A stretch of 64,000 bases of DNA, taken from the NCBI GenBank assembly GCA_041666045.1, contig JBAYHR010000001.1, forward strand, positions 21,107 through 85,106. Direction: 5' to 3'. This stretch comes from Minisyncoccota bacterium. GTDB taxonomy: Bacteria > Patescibacteriota > Minisyncoccia > Phycocordibacterales > UBA9973. Both the position numbers and the translations under genes were made by a program. Shown in pieces: positions 8,912 through 18,328 of this stretch. Every line of letters starts with the position of its first letter. The first letter of the stretch is position 1. The notes under the pieces are model-generated. The model did no database searches and was not told the origin of the DNA. It saw only the letters and a program-made list of their open reading frames with translations.

Positions 8912-9661
8912 TTATTCGTGTTTTAATGGTGTTTCTTTATATTTTTCATCTTTTTTGTAAGCTTTCCTGAATAATATAACTCCTAAGAAAACTAAGACTA
9001 AAAGCATAAGCCATTGAATGAAACTTTTTGGCATAAATCCATTGTCACCGAATATTGCATTAGCTGCGAGATTACTATTGTTCTTTTCTCTGTCGTTAAA
9101 GGTTATAGAATTTGAAGTACCTCCACCTGGAGCAGGGTTAAATACGGTTATGGTAATTGGCTTACCACTGGATAAATCTTCTTTTGTTAAATCCATTGTA
9201 AGGATAGTAGACTTAAAACGATTAACTCCATTTATCTTTTCGTAGACATAATTAGTAGTTCTATTTTCACCATTTACTCTGCCTATTGATCCAACTATGA
9301 ACTTTGATCCAGTGACAGTGATAGTTATTACTTCAGTATTTGCGGGTGCTTTGGAAGGGGATATTTGAGAAATAGTAGGTACAGGATTAAGGTATGTTTG
9401 AGTATTTGTGTTTGTATTGTTTGTATTATTGTTTGTATTATTGTTTGTATTATTGTTTGTATTATTATTGTTCGTATTGTTTGTATTATTATTGTTTGTA
9501 TTTGGAGAAATATGATTATAATCATTTGGATCAAAAGTACTTCCTGAATTAACTGTAACAGTACAATTAGTACAAGCAAAAGCTGGTAATGCAAAAGAAA
9601 ACCCAAAAATAAAGACTAAAATTGCGGGAAGGGATATTAAGTTTTTATTTATTTTATTCAT
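8912..9661 (-). CDS. Surface protein: signal peptide, Asn/Thr repeat, IPT/TIG-like domain, C-terminal TM anchor
   Basis: Start taken at ATG 9661 because the longer ORF overlaps tRNA-Leu; NPVPTISQISPS...ITVTGSKF...TVFNPAPGGGTSN. Confidence 0.75.
   Translation of the reverse strand: MNKINKNLISLPAILVFIFGFSFALPAFACTNCTVTVNSGSTFDPNDYNHISPNTNNNNTNNTNNNNTNNNTNNNTNNNTNNTNTNTQTYLNPVPTISQISPSKAPANTEVITITVTGSKFIVGSIGRVNGENRTTNYVYEKINGVNRFKSTILTMDLTKEDLSSGKPITITVFNPAPGGGTSNSITFNDREKNNSNLAANAIFGDNGFMPKSFIQWLMLLVLVFLGVILFRKAYKKDEKYKETPLKHE
9408..9502. repeat. Coding tandem repeat (9/12/15-bp units of gtattattgttt) encoding (TNNN)n
   Basis: Directly visible. Confidence 0.9.
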
Positions 9662-9699
9662 ACTGGTATGATAGCATGTTTGAAAATAAATGTCAAGTG

Positions 9700-9781
9700 T
9701 GCTGGAGGAGGGACTCGAACCCTCAAGCCTTGCGGCACTAGTTCCTAAGACTAGCGCGTATACCAATTCCGCCACTCCAGC
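9700..9781 (-). tRNA. tRNA-Leu(TAG)
   Basis: GCTGGAG acceptor, anticodon loop CTTAGGA, long variable arm, GGTTCGAGTCCC. Confidence 0.95.
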
Positions 9782-9832
9782 ATATTAAAATATTTAAGTT
9801 AAAAAATTTAAATAATAAAATTTTTTAACTTG

Positions 9833-9905
9833 TGCGCCCTGAAGGGATCGAACCTTCGACCTTATCCTTAAGAGGGATCTGCTCTACCAGCTGAGCTAAG
9901 GGCGC
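9833..9905 (-). tRNA. tRNA-Lys(CTT)
   Basis: GCGCCCT acceptor, anticodon loop CTCTTAA, GGTTCGATCCC. Confidence 0.95.
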
Positions 9906-9924
9906 ATAATATTATTTAATTTTG

Positions 9925-10006
9925 TGCCCGGAGTGGGAATCGAACCCACATCCCTTGCGAGACACGATTTTAAGTCGTGCGCGTATACCAGTTCCGCCAT
10001 CCGGGC
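9925..10006 (-). tRNA. tRNA-Leu(TAA)
   Basis: GCCCGGA acceptor, anticodon loop CTTAAAA, long variable arm. Confidence 0.95.
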
Positions 10007-10047
10007 ATTGCAGAAGATTTATGTATTATAACAAAAAATCTTCTTTG

Positions 10048-10119
10048 AGGCCTGGGCCGGAATTGAACCGGCGTATATTCCTTTTGCAGAGGAATGCCTT
10101 ACCACTTGGCTACCAGGCC
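10048..10119 (-). tRNA. tRNA-Cys(GCA)
   Basis: GGCCTGG acceptor, anticodon loop CTGCAAA, U discriminator. Confidence 0.95.
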
Positions 10120-10166
10120 GATATTTATCTAACTAAAACCACTTCATCTATTAATTCAAGGTCTGC

Positions 10167-10222
10167 GCAGAGGAATGACATATTATAACTTCGCTACGCT
10201 CATGCCACTTGGCTACCAGGCC
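10167..10222 (-). pseudogene. Duplicated, interrupted 5' half of tRNA-Cys
   Basis: GGCCTGGTAGCCAAGTGG and CATTCCTCTGC match tRNA-Cys; 27 nt of other sequence replace TAAGG between them. Confidence 0.8.
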
Positions 10223-10233
10223 GTGTTTTTATA

Positions 10234-10557
10234 TTACTTTTCTCTAAGCAATTCGTCAATTTTTTGTCTGTTCTTTTCTCCTTTGTCTATTTCTATATCA
10301 ATAAATGGAATTATTTTTATTTCCATATTCTTTTTAAGAAATTCTCTTAATTCTTTTCTTTTGCGTTTTGCAAAATCTAGCGCAGTGTGTTCTTTTGAGT
10401 CGGGAAGTACTGTTATAAAAATTGTCGCGCGTTTTAAATCTGGTGATGTTGAACAAGAGGTGACTGTGATTAAAGAAGTTCTATTGTTTTCTCGTCCTAA
10501 AAATTGAGCTGAAAGCTCTTTTACCAAATTTCCTATTTTTTCATTTCTTTGCGTCAT
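10234..10557 (-). CDS. rbfA: Ribosome-binding factor A
   Basis: ITVT...SPDLKRATIF, IPFIDIEID; directly downstream of infB. Confidence 0.85.
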   Translation of the reverse strand: MTQRNEKIGNLVKELSAQFLGRENNRTSLITVTSCSTSPDLKRATIFITVLPDSKEHTALDFAKRKRKELREFLKKNMEIKIIPFIDIEIDKGEKNRQKIDELLREK

Positions 10558-10560
10558 TTT

Positions 10561-12060
10561 TTATTTTTGTGTAATTGAAAAAGATTCAAGAACATCTCCA
10601 GCTACAATTTCTATTTTTGATTCAACCATAGCACCAAATTCAGATCCTTCTTCAACTGTGCTTGTTTTTGCTTTACTTTTTTCCAAATTTACTATTTTAC
10701 CTTTTCCTATTTCAAATTCTCTTCGCATTATTTTAACAGTTTCACCAAATGATATATTTCCTTCAATAACTTTTCCTCCAACTATTTGCCTGTCTTTTGT
10801 TCTACTGAAAGCTTTTATTATTTTTGCTCTTCCTTTTATTTCTGTAGTTTCAATTCTTGGTCTTCTTTTTTCCATTTCTTCAGCTAGCCATTCAGTCATT
10901 TTATAAATAATATCAAAGAAGGAAATCGTTATACCTCTTTTTTGTGCCAGTTCTGTCACACTGTTGTCAGATTTAACATTGAATCCAATAACAATAGCAT
11001 CTTCACATGAAGCAACGGATTTTATGTCTGATTCTGAAACAGGGCCTACTCCTTTTTGGACAATTCTAAATTCAGCATTTTCATCTTTTATTTTATTGAT
11101 TTCTTTTTCAATTGCTTCTATGGATCCCCAAACATCAGCTTTTAATACTATTGGAATTATTTTTTTATTTGTTTCTTTTGAAATTTCTTCACATAATGTT
11201 TCCTTTTTTATATTTTCAGCGTATTCTAAAGCTTCATTCTTTTTTGCAAAGGATTTAAATTCTGCTCCTATTTTAGGCATTTTATCAAAACCCACAAGAC
11301 GAATAGGGGAAGAGAAACTCGCTTCATTTATCATTTTTCCTAAAAAATTTTCAATTATTCTTGTAGAACAAATGGCATCTTCTACCGCGATGGTCATTCC
11401 TTTTTTGATTGATCCATTTTTTATTAAAAGTGTTGCCTGGATTCCACGTTTTGGATCTAAATTTGTTTCTATAACAAGACCTGAAGCATTTTCGTTTATG
11501 TTTCCAGTGAAATTTTCCATTTCAGCTAGAATTAAAATTAATGACAATAAACTATCCACACCAGTTCCATTTTTTGCAGAAATTTCTGTGAAAGGTATTT
11601 TGCCTCCATAATTTTCTAAATAAATTTCATTCTCAGCCAATTCTTGTTTTGTTTTCTCAACATTTGCTCCTGGTTTATCTATTTTATTAATTGCAACAAC
11701 ATATGGAATATTACTTTCTATTATTGTTTTATATGCTTCAATTGTTTGAGGTTTTACTCCATCTTCAGCAGAAACAACTAAGATGGCAATATCTGCAATT
11801 TTAGCTCCGCGTTCTCTCATTTTTGAAAAAGCTTCATGTCCTGGAGTATCTAGAAAAGTTATTTTTTTATCTTTTCCATTTTCATCTTTATGTACAACTT
11901 CATAGGCTGAAATATGTTGAGTGATACCTCCGGCTTCACGATCCACAATATTTGTCTTTCTTATGTAATCAAGAAGAGTTGATTTTCCATGGTCAATATG
12001 ACCCATTACTACTACAACAGGGGGACGCTCAATATTTGTTTGTTCATTTTTTTTATCCAT
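10561..12060 (-). CDS. infB: Translation initiation factor IF-2 (lacks the N-terminal domain)
   Basis: [38 protein letters not shown]. Confidence 0.97.
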   Translation of the reverse strand: MDKKNEQTNIERPPVVVVMGHIDHGKSTLLDYIRKTNIVDREAGGITQHISAYEVVHKDENGKDKKITFLDTPGHEAFSKMRERGAKIADIAILVVSAEDGVKPQTIEAYKTIIESNIPYVVAINKIDKPGANVEKTKQELAENEIYLENYGGKIPFTEISAKNGTGVDSLLSLILILAEMENFTGNINENASGLVIETNLDPKRGIQATLLIKNGSIKKGMTIAVEDAICSTRIIENFLGKMINEASFSSPIRLVGFDKMPKIGAEFKSFAKKNEALEYAENIKKETLCEEISKETNKKIIPIVLKADVWGSIEAIEKEINKIKDENAEFRIVQKGVGPVSESDIKSVASCEDAIVIGFNVKSDNSVTELAQKRGITISFFDIIYKMTEWLAEEMEKRRPRIETTEIKGRAKIIKAFSRTKDRQIVGGKVIEGNISFGETVKIMRREFEIGKGKIVNLEKSKAKTSTVEEGSEFGAMVESKIEIVAGDVLESFSITQK

Positions 12061-12065
12061 TTTTA

Positions 12066-12524
12066 TTATTTTACCGTTGCTTTTTTGATTGCTTCTTTTT
12101 CTTCGTTTGTTAATTCATAGTTTGATTTTCCATTTTTAATAGGTTTTGCGAATATGCTCATTCTTTCTCGAGAGTATAAGCTTGAGATTACAACACCATC
12201 TTCCTCTTCATTTAACATTCCAATTGCAAAACTTTGATTACTGCCTTGGTCAGGGAATGGGTTGAAACGAATTGTTTCAAGTCCTCTAATACTCTTTTTT
12301 AATTTTTGATTTATTGTAGTTATCTCTTTTTCTGCTTTTTCTTTTGCTTGTTTTAATTTGGCAATGTCATTTTCTAATACAATGATAGTATCTTCTAAAT
12401 CTTTAGCTTTTTTACCAATAAAAAATCTTTTTAAACGCTTTTCTGTTTTTATAACCCAAATAACGCCAATTAGAATGGTTATTCCATACAAAATAAAAAA
12501 AGCGATTTCGAGCTTTGTATTCAT
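12066..12524 (-). CDS. DUF4446-like membrane-anchored protein
   Basis: TM plus coiled coil, RFNPF...QSFAI...G.VISSLYSR...AKPI. Confidence 0.7.
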   Translation of the reverse strand: MNTKLEIAFFILYGITILIGVIWVIKTEKRLKRFFIGKKAKDLEDTIIVLENDIAKLKQAKEKAEKEITTINQKLKKSIRGLETIRFNPFPDQGSNQSFAIGMLNEEEDGVVISSLYSRERMSIFAKPIKNGKSNYELTNEEKEAIKKATVK

Positions 12525-12548
12525 ACAATTTCAATATATACTATTTTT

Positions 12549-13703
12549 ATGAAGAAATCAAAGAAAATTTATTTAGATTATGCTTCAAGCGCTTCAGTAG
12601 ATTCTGCAAATCCGGGTGCAATACATGAATTGGGAATAAAAGAAAAAAGTAAATTAGAAAATGCTAGAAAAAATGTAGCAGATGTTTTAGGCGCGCATTC
12701 TGATGAAATAGTTTTTACATCAGGGGCTACTGAAAGTAATAATTTAGCTTTAATGGGAGTAATAGAAAAAATATCTCAAACATTTTTTCCTCATATTATT
12801 ATAACAAACATAGAACATGCTTCAGTGCTTGAAGTTTGTAAACATTTAGAAAAAACAAAACAAGCTGAAGTGACTTATGTGCCAGTTGAAGAAAATGGAA
12901 TAGTTGATCCTAAGAAAATTAAGAAAGCTATAAAAAAAAATACTATTTTAGTTTCTGTAATGTATGCTAATAATGAAATTGGAACAATACAACCAATAGG
13001 AGAAATTGCAAAAGAAATTAGATATTTTAGAAAACATAAAACGTCAATCTTTCCTTTGTTTCATACAGATGCTACACAGGCTATAAACTATTTGCTAATA
13101 AAAGTTGAGAAGCTTGGAATTGATTTAATGTCTTTTAATGGAGCAAAAATTTATGGGTCAAAAGGTGTTGGAGTTTTGTATGTAAAAAGAAAAACACCAA
13201 TTAGTTCTATTATGTTTGGAGGAAATCAAGAGTTTGGATTAAGACCGGGGACAGAAAATGTGGCTGGAGTTGTTGCATTAAAAGATGCTTTACAAGTTGT
13301 AGAAAAAATAAAAGAAAAAGAAGTAAAGCGTCTTACAAAACTTAGAGATTATTTTTTAGATCAATTAAACTATTCTAAAATTCTAACGAATTATAGAATA
13401 GTTTTGAATGGCGATTTAAAAAATAGATTACCTAATAATATAAATATCACAATTCCTAAAATTCCCAGCGATCTTCTGGTTTTAGAACTTTCGGCTCGCG
13501 GAATTTATATTTCTGAAAAAAGCGCTTGTAAATCAGGTGATGGGAAAGCTTCAGGTGTTATAAAAGCAATTAATCCAAATGGAAATGAAAATGATGGATC
13601 TTTAAGATTTTCGTTGGGGAGACAAACAAAAAAGACAGATATTGATTATACGATTAAGTCTTTAAAAGATATTTTGAAAAAATTAAAAAAATGGTATGAT
13701 TAG
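12549..13703 (+). CDS. iscS: Cysteine desulfurase (IscS/NifS group I)
   Basis: IYLDYA, FTSGATESNN, EHASV, HTDATQA, AKIYG (PLP Lys), RPGTEN, SAC. Confidence 0.88.
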   Translation: MKKSKKIYLDYASSASVDSANPGAIHELGIKEKSKLENARKNVADVLGAHSDEIVFTSGATESNNLALMGVIEKISQTFFPHIIITNIEHASVLEVCKHLEKTKQAEVTYVPVEENGIVDPKKIKKAIKKNTILVSVMYANNEIGTIQPIGEIAKEIRYFRKHKTSIFPLFHTDATQAINYLLIKVEKLGIDLMSFNGAKIYGSKGVGVLYVKRKTPISSIMFGGNQEFGLRPGTENVAGVVALKDALQVVEKIKEKEVKRLTKLRDYFLDQLNYSKILTNYRIVLNGDLKNRLPNNINITIPKIPSDLLVLELSARGIYISEKSACKSGDGKASGVIKAINPNGNENDGSLRFSLGRQTKKTDIDYTIKSLKDILKKLKKWYD

Positions 13704-13706
13704 GGT

Positions 13707-13835
13707 ATGGATCCCGTTAGAAGTCTCTCAGTTAATTGAAGTTGCGGGAAGTACCATAAAGAATATATTTCTATAGTCGTTATTAATAAATTAACTACGG
13801 AAATCTAAAGATTTCCTACTTCTAACGGGATGGAT
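13707..13835 (+). repeat. Leader-hairpin element, copy 2, flanked by ATGGAT direct repeats
   Basis: Perfect 14-bp IR ATCCCGTTAGAAGT (13711-13724)/ACTTCTAACGGGAT (13818-13831); internal hairpin GGAAATCT-AA-AGATTTCC. Confidence 0.85.
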
Positions 13836-14378
13836 TTAAAAGAACTAAACAAATCACAGCTTATATTATTAGCAATATTATTAAGTTTTGTAACTTCTAT
13901 TGCTACAGGGATAACAACTGTGACATTAATGCAACAAGCTCCTTCGTCAGTGACTGTGCCTATTAATCGTATTATTAGACAGACTGTTGAAAAAATTGTT
14001 CCAGTAGATACTGTATCTAATAATCAAATTTTATCGGAAGATCAAAAAAAATTACTTGAAGAATTGAAAGCAATTAAACCACTAACTGTAAGTTTATTTT
14101 TGAAAGGAGAAAAAGAAGATAAAATTCTCGGAACAGGATTATTTTTAGGTGACAATAAAGTTGTTATAGCATCTCTTATTGAACCACCAAAAGAAGGTGA
14201 GCAGTATGTAGTTAAAAGTGTTTTAGGTGAACAAAAGGTATCAAAGGTAACACAAGAAAAAGATTTTACCATTATTGAATTAATTGAAGTTGATACTGTT
14301 CCTGTTGTTGATACTACTATTTCAACTACTGACACAACGACAGACATTATAGTTCCACCAGTTGTTCCAACACCATAA
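13830..14378 (+). CDS. Membrane-anchored hypothetical protein (possibly a degenerate trypsin-like domain)
   Basis: N-terminal TM (LLSFVTSIATGI), GTGLFLG. Confidence 0.6.
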   Translation: MDLKELNKSQLILLAILLSFVTSIATGITTVTLMQQAPSSVTVPINRIIRQTVEKIVPVDTVSNNQILSEDQKKLLEELKAIKPLTVSLFLKGEKEDKILGTGLFLGDNKVVIASLIEPPKEGEQYVVKSVLGEQKVSKVTQEKDFTIIELIEVDTVPVVDTTISTTDTTTDIIVPPVVPTP

Positions 14379-14413
14379 AAATAATTTTCATTCGTAATTG
14401 ATAATTTTAATTT

Positions 14414-17107
14414 ATGCCACCATTAAATAGATTTACAACTAAAGCTAAAGATGCAATTAAGAAAGCTCACGAGCTTGCTATTGAACGTGGACAGAACCAT
14501 GTTTCTTCTTCACATTTACTTGCATCACTCTTGCTTCAAGAAGAGAGTATGGTGAATTCTATTTTAGATAGATTGGAAATAGATACAATGCTCTTAACTG
14601 ATTCAGTTTTAGAATCAATTGAATTGCCAGAATCACAGAGCACTCTTTCTCCTTCATATCAGATTTATTTGAATCCTGATTTGGCGCAAGTGATAGAACA
14701 TTCTGCAAAATTAGCAGAATATTTAAAAGATGATTTTGTTTCAACAGAACATCTTTTTGTAGCAATGCTTGAAGTTACTGGTGAAGCGCGAGAGATTTTA
14801 GCGCGATTTAAAATTCATAAAGATCTTGTAATGAAAGTTTTAGAAGAACTTCGCAGTCAAAATATTACAGATGTTTCTGAACCAAAAAAATTTCGTTTAC
14901 TTTCTAAATATACTCGCAATTTAACTAAATTAGCTAAAGAAGATAAATTAGATCCAGTAATAGGACGTGATAATGAAATTATGCGTATTATGCAGATCCT
15001 TTCTCGTAGAACGAAGAATAATCCTATTTTAATAGGTGAGGCCGGTACTGGTAAAACAGCCGTTGTTGAAGGATTAGCGCAAAGAATAGCAAAAAATGAA
15101 GTTTCAGAATCTTTAAAAGAGAAAGAATTAGTATCACTAGATTTAGGTTCTCTTATAGCTGGTACTAAATATCGTGGAGAATTTGAAGAAAGATTAAAAG
15201 GTATTATGAAAGAAATTGAAAGAGCTGATGGAAAGGTGATTCTTTTTATTGATGAAATTCACACTATCGTTGGAGCAGGTGGAGCAGAAGGAACTATGGA
15301 TGCTTCAAATATGTTAAAACCAGCGCTTGCTCGTGGAGAATTACGCGCGATAGGTGCGACAACTTTAAGAGAATATCAAAAACATATTGAAAAAGACCCA
15401 GCGCTTGCTCGTCGTTTTCAACCTGTTTATATAGATGAACCATCTCCAGAAGATGCTATTGCAATTTTACGAGGACTTAAAGAAAGATATGAACTTTTCC
15501 ATGGTGTGCGTATTACAGATGATGCAATAGTTTCTGCTGTGAATCTTTCTATTCGTTATATTACAAATAGATTTTTACCAGATAAAGCTGTGGATCTAAT
15601 AGATGAGGCTTCTTCGTCTTTGAAAATTGCTCTTGAAAATAAACCTCCAGTGTTAGAAGATGCGCATAGAAAAATAATGCGTCTTGAAATTGAAAAAGAA
15701 GCATTAAAAAAAGAAAGCGAAGAAAATAAAAAAGCTAAAATACGAGTAAGAGAAATAGATAAAGAAATAGGTAATCTCCGTGAAAAAACGAAGGAACTTG
15801 AACTTAAATGGAAAAATGAGAGAGAGATAGTGCTTGAAATTCGTTCTATTAAAAAAGAACTTGAGACTATGCGTCTTGAAGCAGAAAATGCAGAAGCTCG
15901 CGCTGATCTTTCTCGCGTGGCAGAGATTCGTTATGGGAAAATTCCTACTCTTAAAAAAGAACTTGAGACGAAACTTTTACGTTTGAAAAAATTACAAAAA
16001 TCTCGAAGAATTTTAAAAGAAGAAATTACCGCAGAAGATATTGCAGAAGTTGTAGCTCGTTGGACAGGAATTCCTCTTACAAAAATGTTAGAAGGTGAGC
16101 GTGAAAAATTAGAAAGAATGGAAGATGAATTAAATAAACGTGTTGTTGGGCAAAATAATGCAATAAAAAGAGTGGCAGATGTTATTCGTCGTTCACGCGC
16201 TGGTATTTCAGATCCAAATAGACCAATAGGTTCTTTTATCTTTTTAGGGCCAACAGGTGTTGGTAAAACAGAGCTTACTAAAGCATTGAGTCAATTTATG
16301 TTCAATGATGATAGAGCTCTTATTAGAGTAGATATGTCTGAATATATGGAGAAACATTCTGTTTCAAAACTTATCGGTTCACCTCCAGGATATGTTGGTT
16401 ATGATGAATCTGGACAACTTACAGAATCTATCAGGCATCGTCCTTATGCTGTGGTTTTGTTTGATGAAGTTGAAAAAGCTCATCCAGAAGTTTTCAATAT
16501 GCTTTTACAACTTTTAGATGAAGGAAGATTGACTGATGGAAAAGGAAGAGTGGTTAATTTTAAAAATACGATAATTATTCTTACTTCAAACATTGGTTCA
16601 CAATTCGTAGAAAAAATGGAATCAATTGGTTTTTCAAATAATTCTGACAAACAAGATTATGGAAATATGAAAGAAAAAGTTTTAGAAGCGATGAAAGATA
16701 ATTTCCGCCCAGAATTCTTAAATCGTCTTGATGAAATTATTGTTTTTGATGTTCTATCAGAAGAAGCTATTAAAGAAATAGTTAATTTGAGAGTGAAGGT
16801 TGTAAAAGATAGACTTCAGACAAAAGAAATTGATTTTAAAATTTCTGATGAAGCTTTGTCGTATTTAGCAAAAGAAGGATACAATCCACACTATGGAGCA
16901 AGACCACTAAATCGTCTAATTCAAAATAAGATTTTAAACCAAGTTGCTTCTTATATAATTTCAAATGGAGTAAAAGCAGGGGATACTGTTGTTGTAACAG
17001 TGAAAAATAATGAGCTTTTAATTGAAACAAAAAAAGGCCATGTCAAAGGACAGGCAGGGAAAATAAAAAGTAATTTTGTTGCTAAAAAATTAACTAGAAA
17101 ATATTAA
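14414..17107 (+). CDS. clpB: ATP-dependent chaperone ClpB
   Basis: Clp-N domain, two AAA modules (GEAGTGKT; GPTGVGKT), long middle coiled coil, GSPPGYVG. Confidence 0.93.
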   Translation: MPPLNRFTTKAKDAIKKAHELAIERGQNHVSSSHLLASLLLQEESMVNSILDRLEIDTMLLTDSVLESIELPESQSTLSPSYQIYLNPDLAQVIEHSAKLAEYLKDDFVSTEHLFVAMLEVTGEAREILARFKIHKDLVMKVLEELRSQNITDVSEPKKFRLLSKYTRNLTKLAKEDKLDPVIGRDNEIMRIMQILSRRTKNNPILIGEAGTGKTAVVEGLAQRIAKNEVSESLKEKELVSLDLGSLIAGTKYRGEFEERLKGIMKEIERADGKVILFIDEIHTIVGAGGAEGTMDASNMLKPALARGELRAIGATTLREYQKHIEKDPALARRFQPVYIDEPSPEDAIAILRGLKERYELFHGVRITDDAIVSAVNLSIRYITNRFLPDKAVDLIDEASSSLKIALENKPPVLEDAHRKIMRLEIEKEALKKESEENKKAKIRVREIDKEIGNLREKTKELELKWKNEREIVLEIRSIKKELETMRLEAENAEARADLSRVAEIRYGKIPTLKKELETKLLRLKKLQKSRRILKEEITAEDIAEVVARWTGIPLTKMLEGEREKLERMEDELNKRVVGQNNAIKRVADVIRRSRAGISDPNRPIGSFIFLGPTGVGKTELTKALSQFMFNDDRALIRVDMSEYMEKHSVSKLIGSPPGYVGYDESGQLTESIRHRPYAVVLFDEVEKAHPEVFNMLLQLLDEGRLTDGKGRVVNFKNTIIILTSNIGSQFVEKMESIGFSNNSDKQDYGNMKEKVLEAMKDNFRPEFLNRLDEIIVFDVLSEEAIKEIVNLRVKVVKDRLQTKEIDFKISDEALSYLAKEGYNPHYGARPLNRLIQNKILNQVASYIISNGVKAGDTVVVTVKNNELLIETKKGHVKGQAGKIKSNFVAKKLTRKY

Positions 17108-17119
17108 TTTTATAGAAAT

Positions 17120-17148
17120 AAAAAGTCATCTTTGTGAGATGACTTTTT
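17120..17148. terminator. Bidirectional terminator
   Basis: aaaaagtcatct/agatgacttttt. Confidence 0.8.
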
Positions 17149-17167
17149 GGTAAAAACTAAAGTTAAT

Positions 17168-17380
17168 TTATTCGCTAGCTATTGGATTTAAAACAATACC
17201 AGCAAGGCCACTAAAATCAATTTTTTTGATACTCTTTTTTAGTTCTATTCTGTTTTTTGCTTTAAAACATAAATAAGAACCTTTTCCTTTTTGTCCACGA
17301 GCAAGGATATTTTCATCAAAATCAATACCATACTGAAAAGCTTTTGATACTGTGGTGATTTTTAAATAAAACGTTTTCAT
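17168..17380 (-). CDS. Small hypothetical protein
   Basis: 70-aa ORF with its own predicted promoter (17498-17526) and terminator. Confidence 0.55.
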   Translation of the reverse strand: MKTFYLKITTVSKAFQYGIDFDENILARGQKGKGSYLCFKAKNRIELKKSIKKIDFSGLAGIVLNPIASE

Positions 17381-17476
17381 ATTAATAATTTTTAAGTTAA
17401 TAAATTTATTTTAGGTCGTCTTAACTTCCTTAAAGAAACTAAGACGACCAAATAAATAATTAATTAAAAATTACAG

Positions 17477-17526
17477 TCAAAGAACTACCATTGCTTGATG
17501 ATAGCATGTTTATATTAGTTTGTCAA
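17477..17526 (-). promoter_or_regulatory. Promoter plus boxA-like GTTCTTTGA; duplicate of 18275-18325
   Basis: TTGACA-17-TATCAT with TG extension. Confidence 0.75.
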
Positions 17527-17576
17527 TTTGTGCAACGTCTGGGACGAAGTCGGAACCGTGATTTTAGAGAGGAAAT

Positions 17577-17608
17577 AAAAAAACCACTTGATTAATCAAG
17601 CGGTTTTT
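17577..17608. terminator. Intrinsic terminator
   Basis: aaaaacc(a)cttgat-ta-atcaag(c)ggttttt. Confidence 0.7.
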
Positions 17609-17619
17609 AAAAAAGTTTT

Positions 17620-18174
17620 TTATAAATCTATAAGACTAGCAATAACACTAATCCATTTATTGTCTGGGACAAATTCCTTTTGTATTCTATATGCTTCATA
17701 TTTTATTAAAGAACGAAACATATTACTTACTACAAATAATTCAATGTTTGAATCTTTATTTTCATTACTAATAAGTTTTTTGGCAATTAACCATAAAATG
17801 CTTATAGCTTCATCAACCATAGATTCATGACCTGAAACACCTGCACAAAAAGTTCCTGAGGGTGTTTTAATTGCAAAGGCACCGGGATATTGTTCTAAAT
17901 CATTGTTTTCAAAATTTTTGGAACGTATTGCATTTTTTTGTAACGTTTGGGTTACTTTTTTGCATGCAAAATGTAGATATTTGAAATCTTTTTCTGCTGG
18001 GACTGTTCCAATTTTTTCGGTAATTAGTGTGTTTTTTTTAGGATTATAATAAGCTAGATAAAATCCTTCACACATTGGTTTAGGATTATTAGGTAAATTC
18101 TCAAGTGCTTGTTGTAAATAAACCAAAAATGAATTCATCAAGGGATGTGCCTTGGAAGAAAATTTATTGTTCAT
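17620..18174 (-). CDS. Hypothetical protein, weak GlcG/HbpS-like motif
   Basis: GAFAI...AGVSGH...DE resembles the GlcG-family GVSG...D motif. Confidence 0.5.
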   Translation of the reverse strand: MNNKFSSKAHPLMNSFLVYLQQALENLPNNPKPMCEGFYLAYYNPKKNTLITEKIGTVPAEKDFKYLHFACKKVTQTLQKNAIRSKNFENNDLEQYPGAFAIKTPSGTFCAGVSGHESMVDEAISILWLIAKKLISNENKDSNIELFVVSNMFRSLIKYEAYRIQKEFVPDNKWISVIASLIDL

Positions 18175-18274
18175 AATTTTAAAGATTTAAGTTTAACAAT
18201 ATAATTAGATTATTTTTATTCCCAAATTTTAGAAACAAAAATAATCTAATTAATGCAAACCTAAAATTCAAATA

Positions 18275-18325
18275 TCAAAGAACTATCACTGTTTAATGAT
18301 AGCATGTTTATATTTTTTTTGTCAA
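18275..18325 (-). promoter_or_regulatory. Promoter plus boxA-like GTTCTTTGA immediately 3' of tRNA-Tyr
   Basis: TTGACA-18-TATCAT with TG extension. Confidence 0.75.
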
Positions 18326-18328
18326 TTG

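Noticed and set aside
9408-9502. Possible CRISPR array
   Set aside because: Contiguous low-complexity coding repeat with no spacers
9662-10507. ORF-track entries overlapping the tRNA cluster and rbfA (extension of 8912..9775, 9922..10188, 10175..10507)
   Set aside because: They are translations of tRNA genes or antisense to rbfA
10561-12060. Short IF2, and likewise short AlaRS and L13, as pseudogenes
   Set aside because: Core motifs are intact; compact forms are expected in reduced genomes
13707-13835. Translational bypassing between the matched GAT codons
   Set aside because: No stop directly after the putative take-off codon, and the other copies lack matched codons
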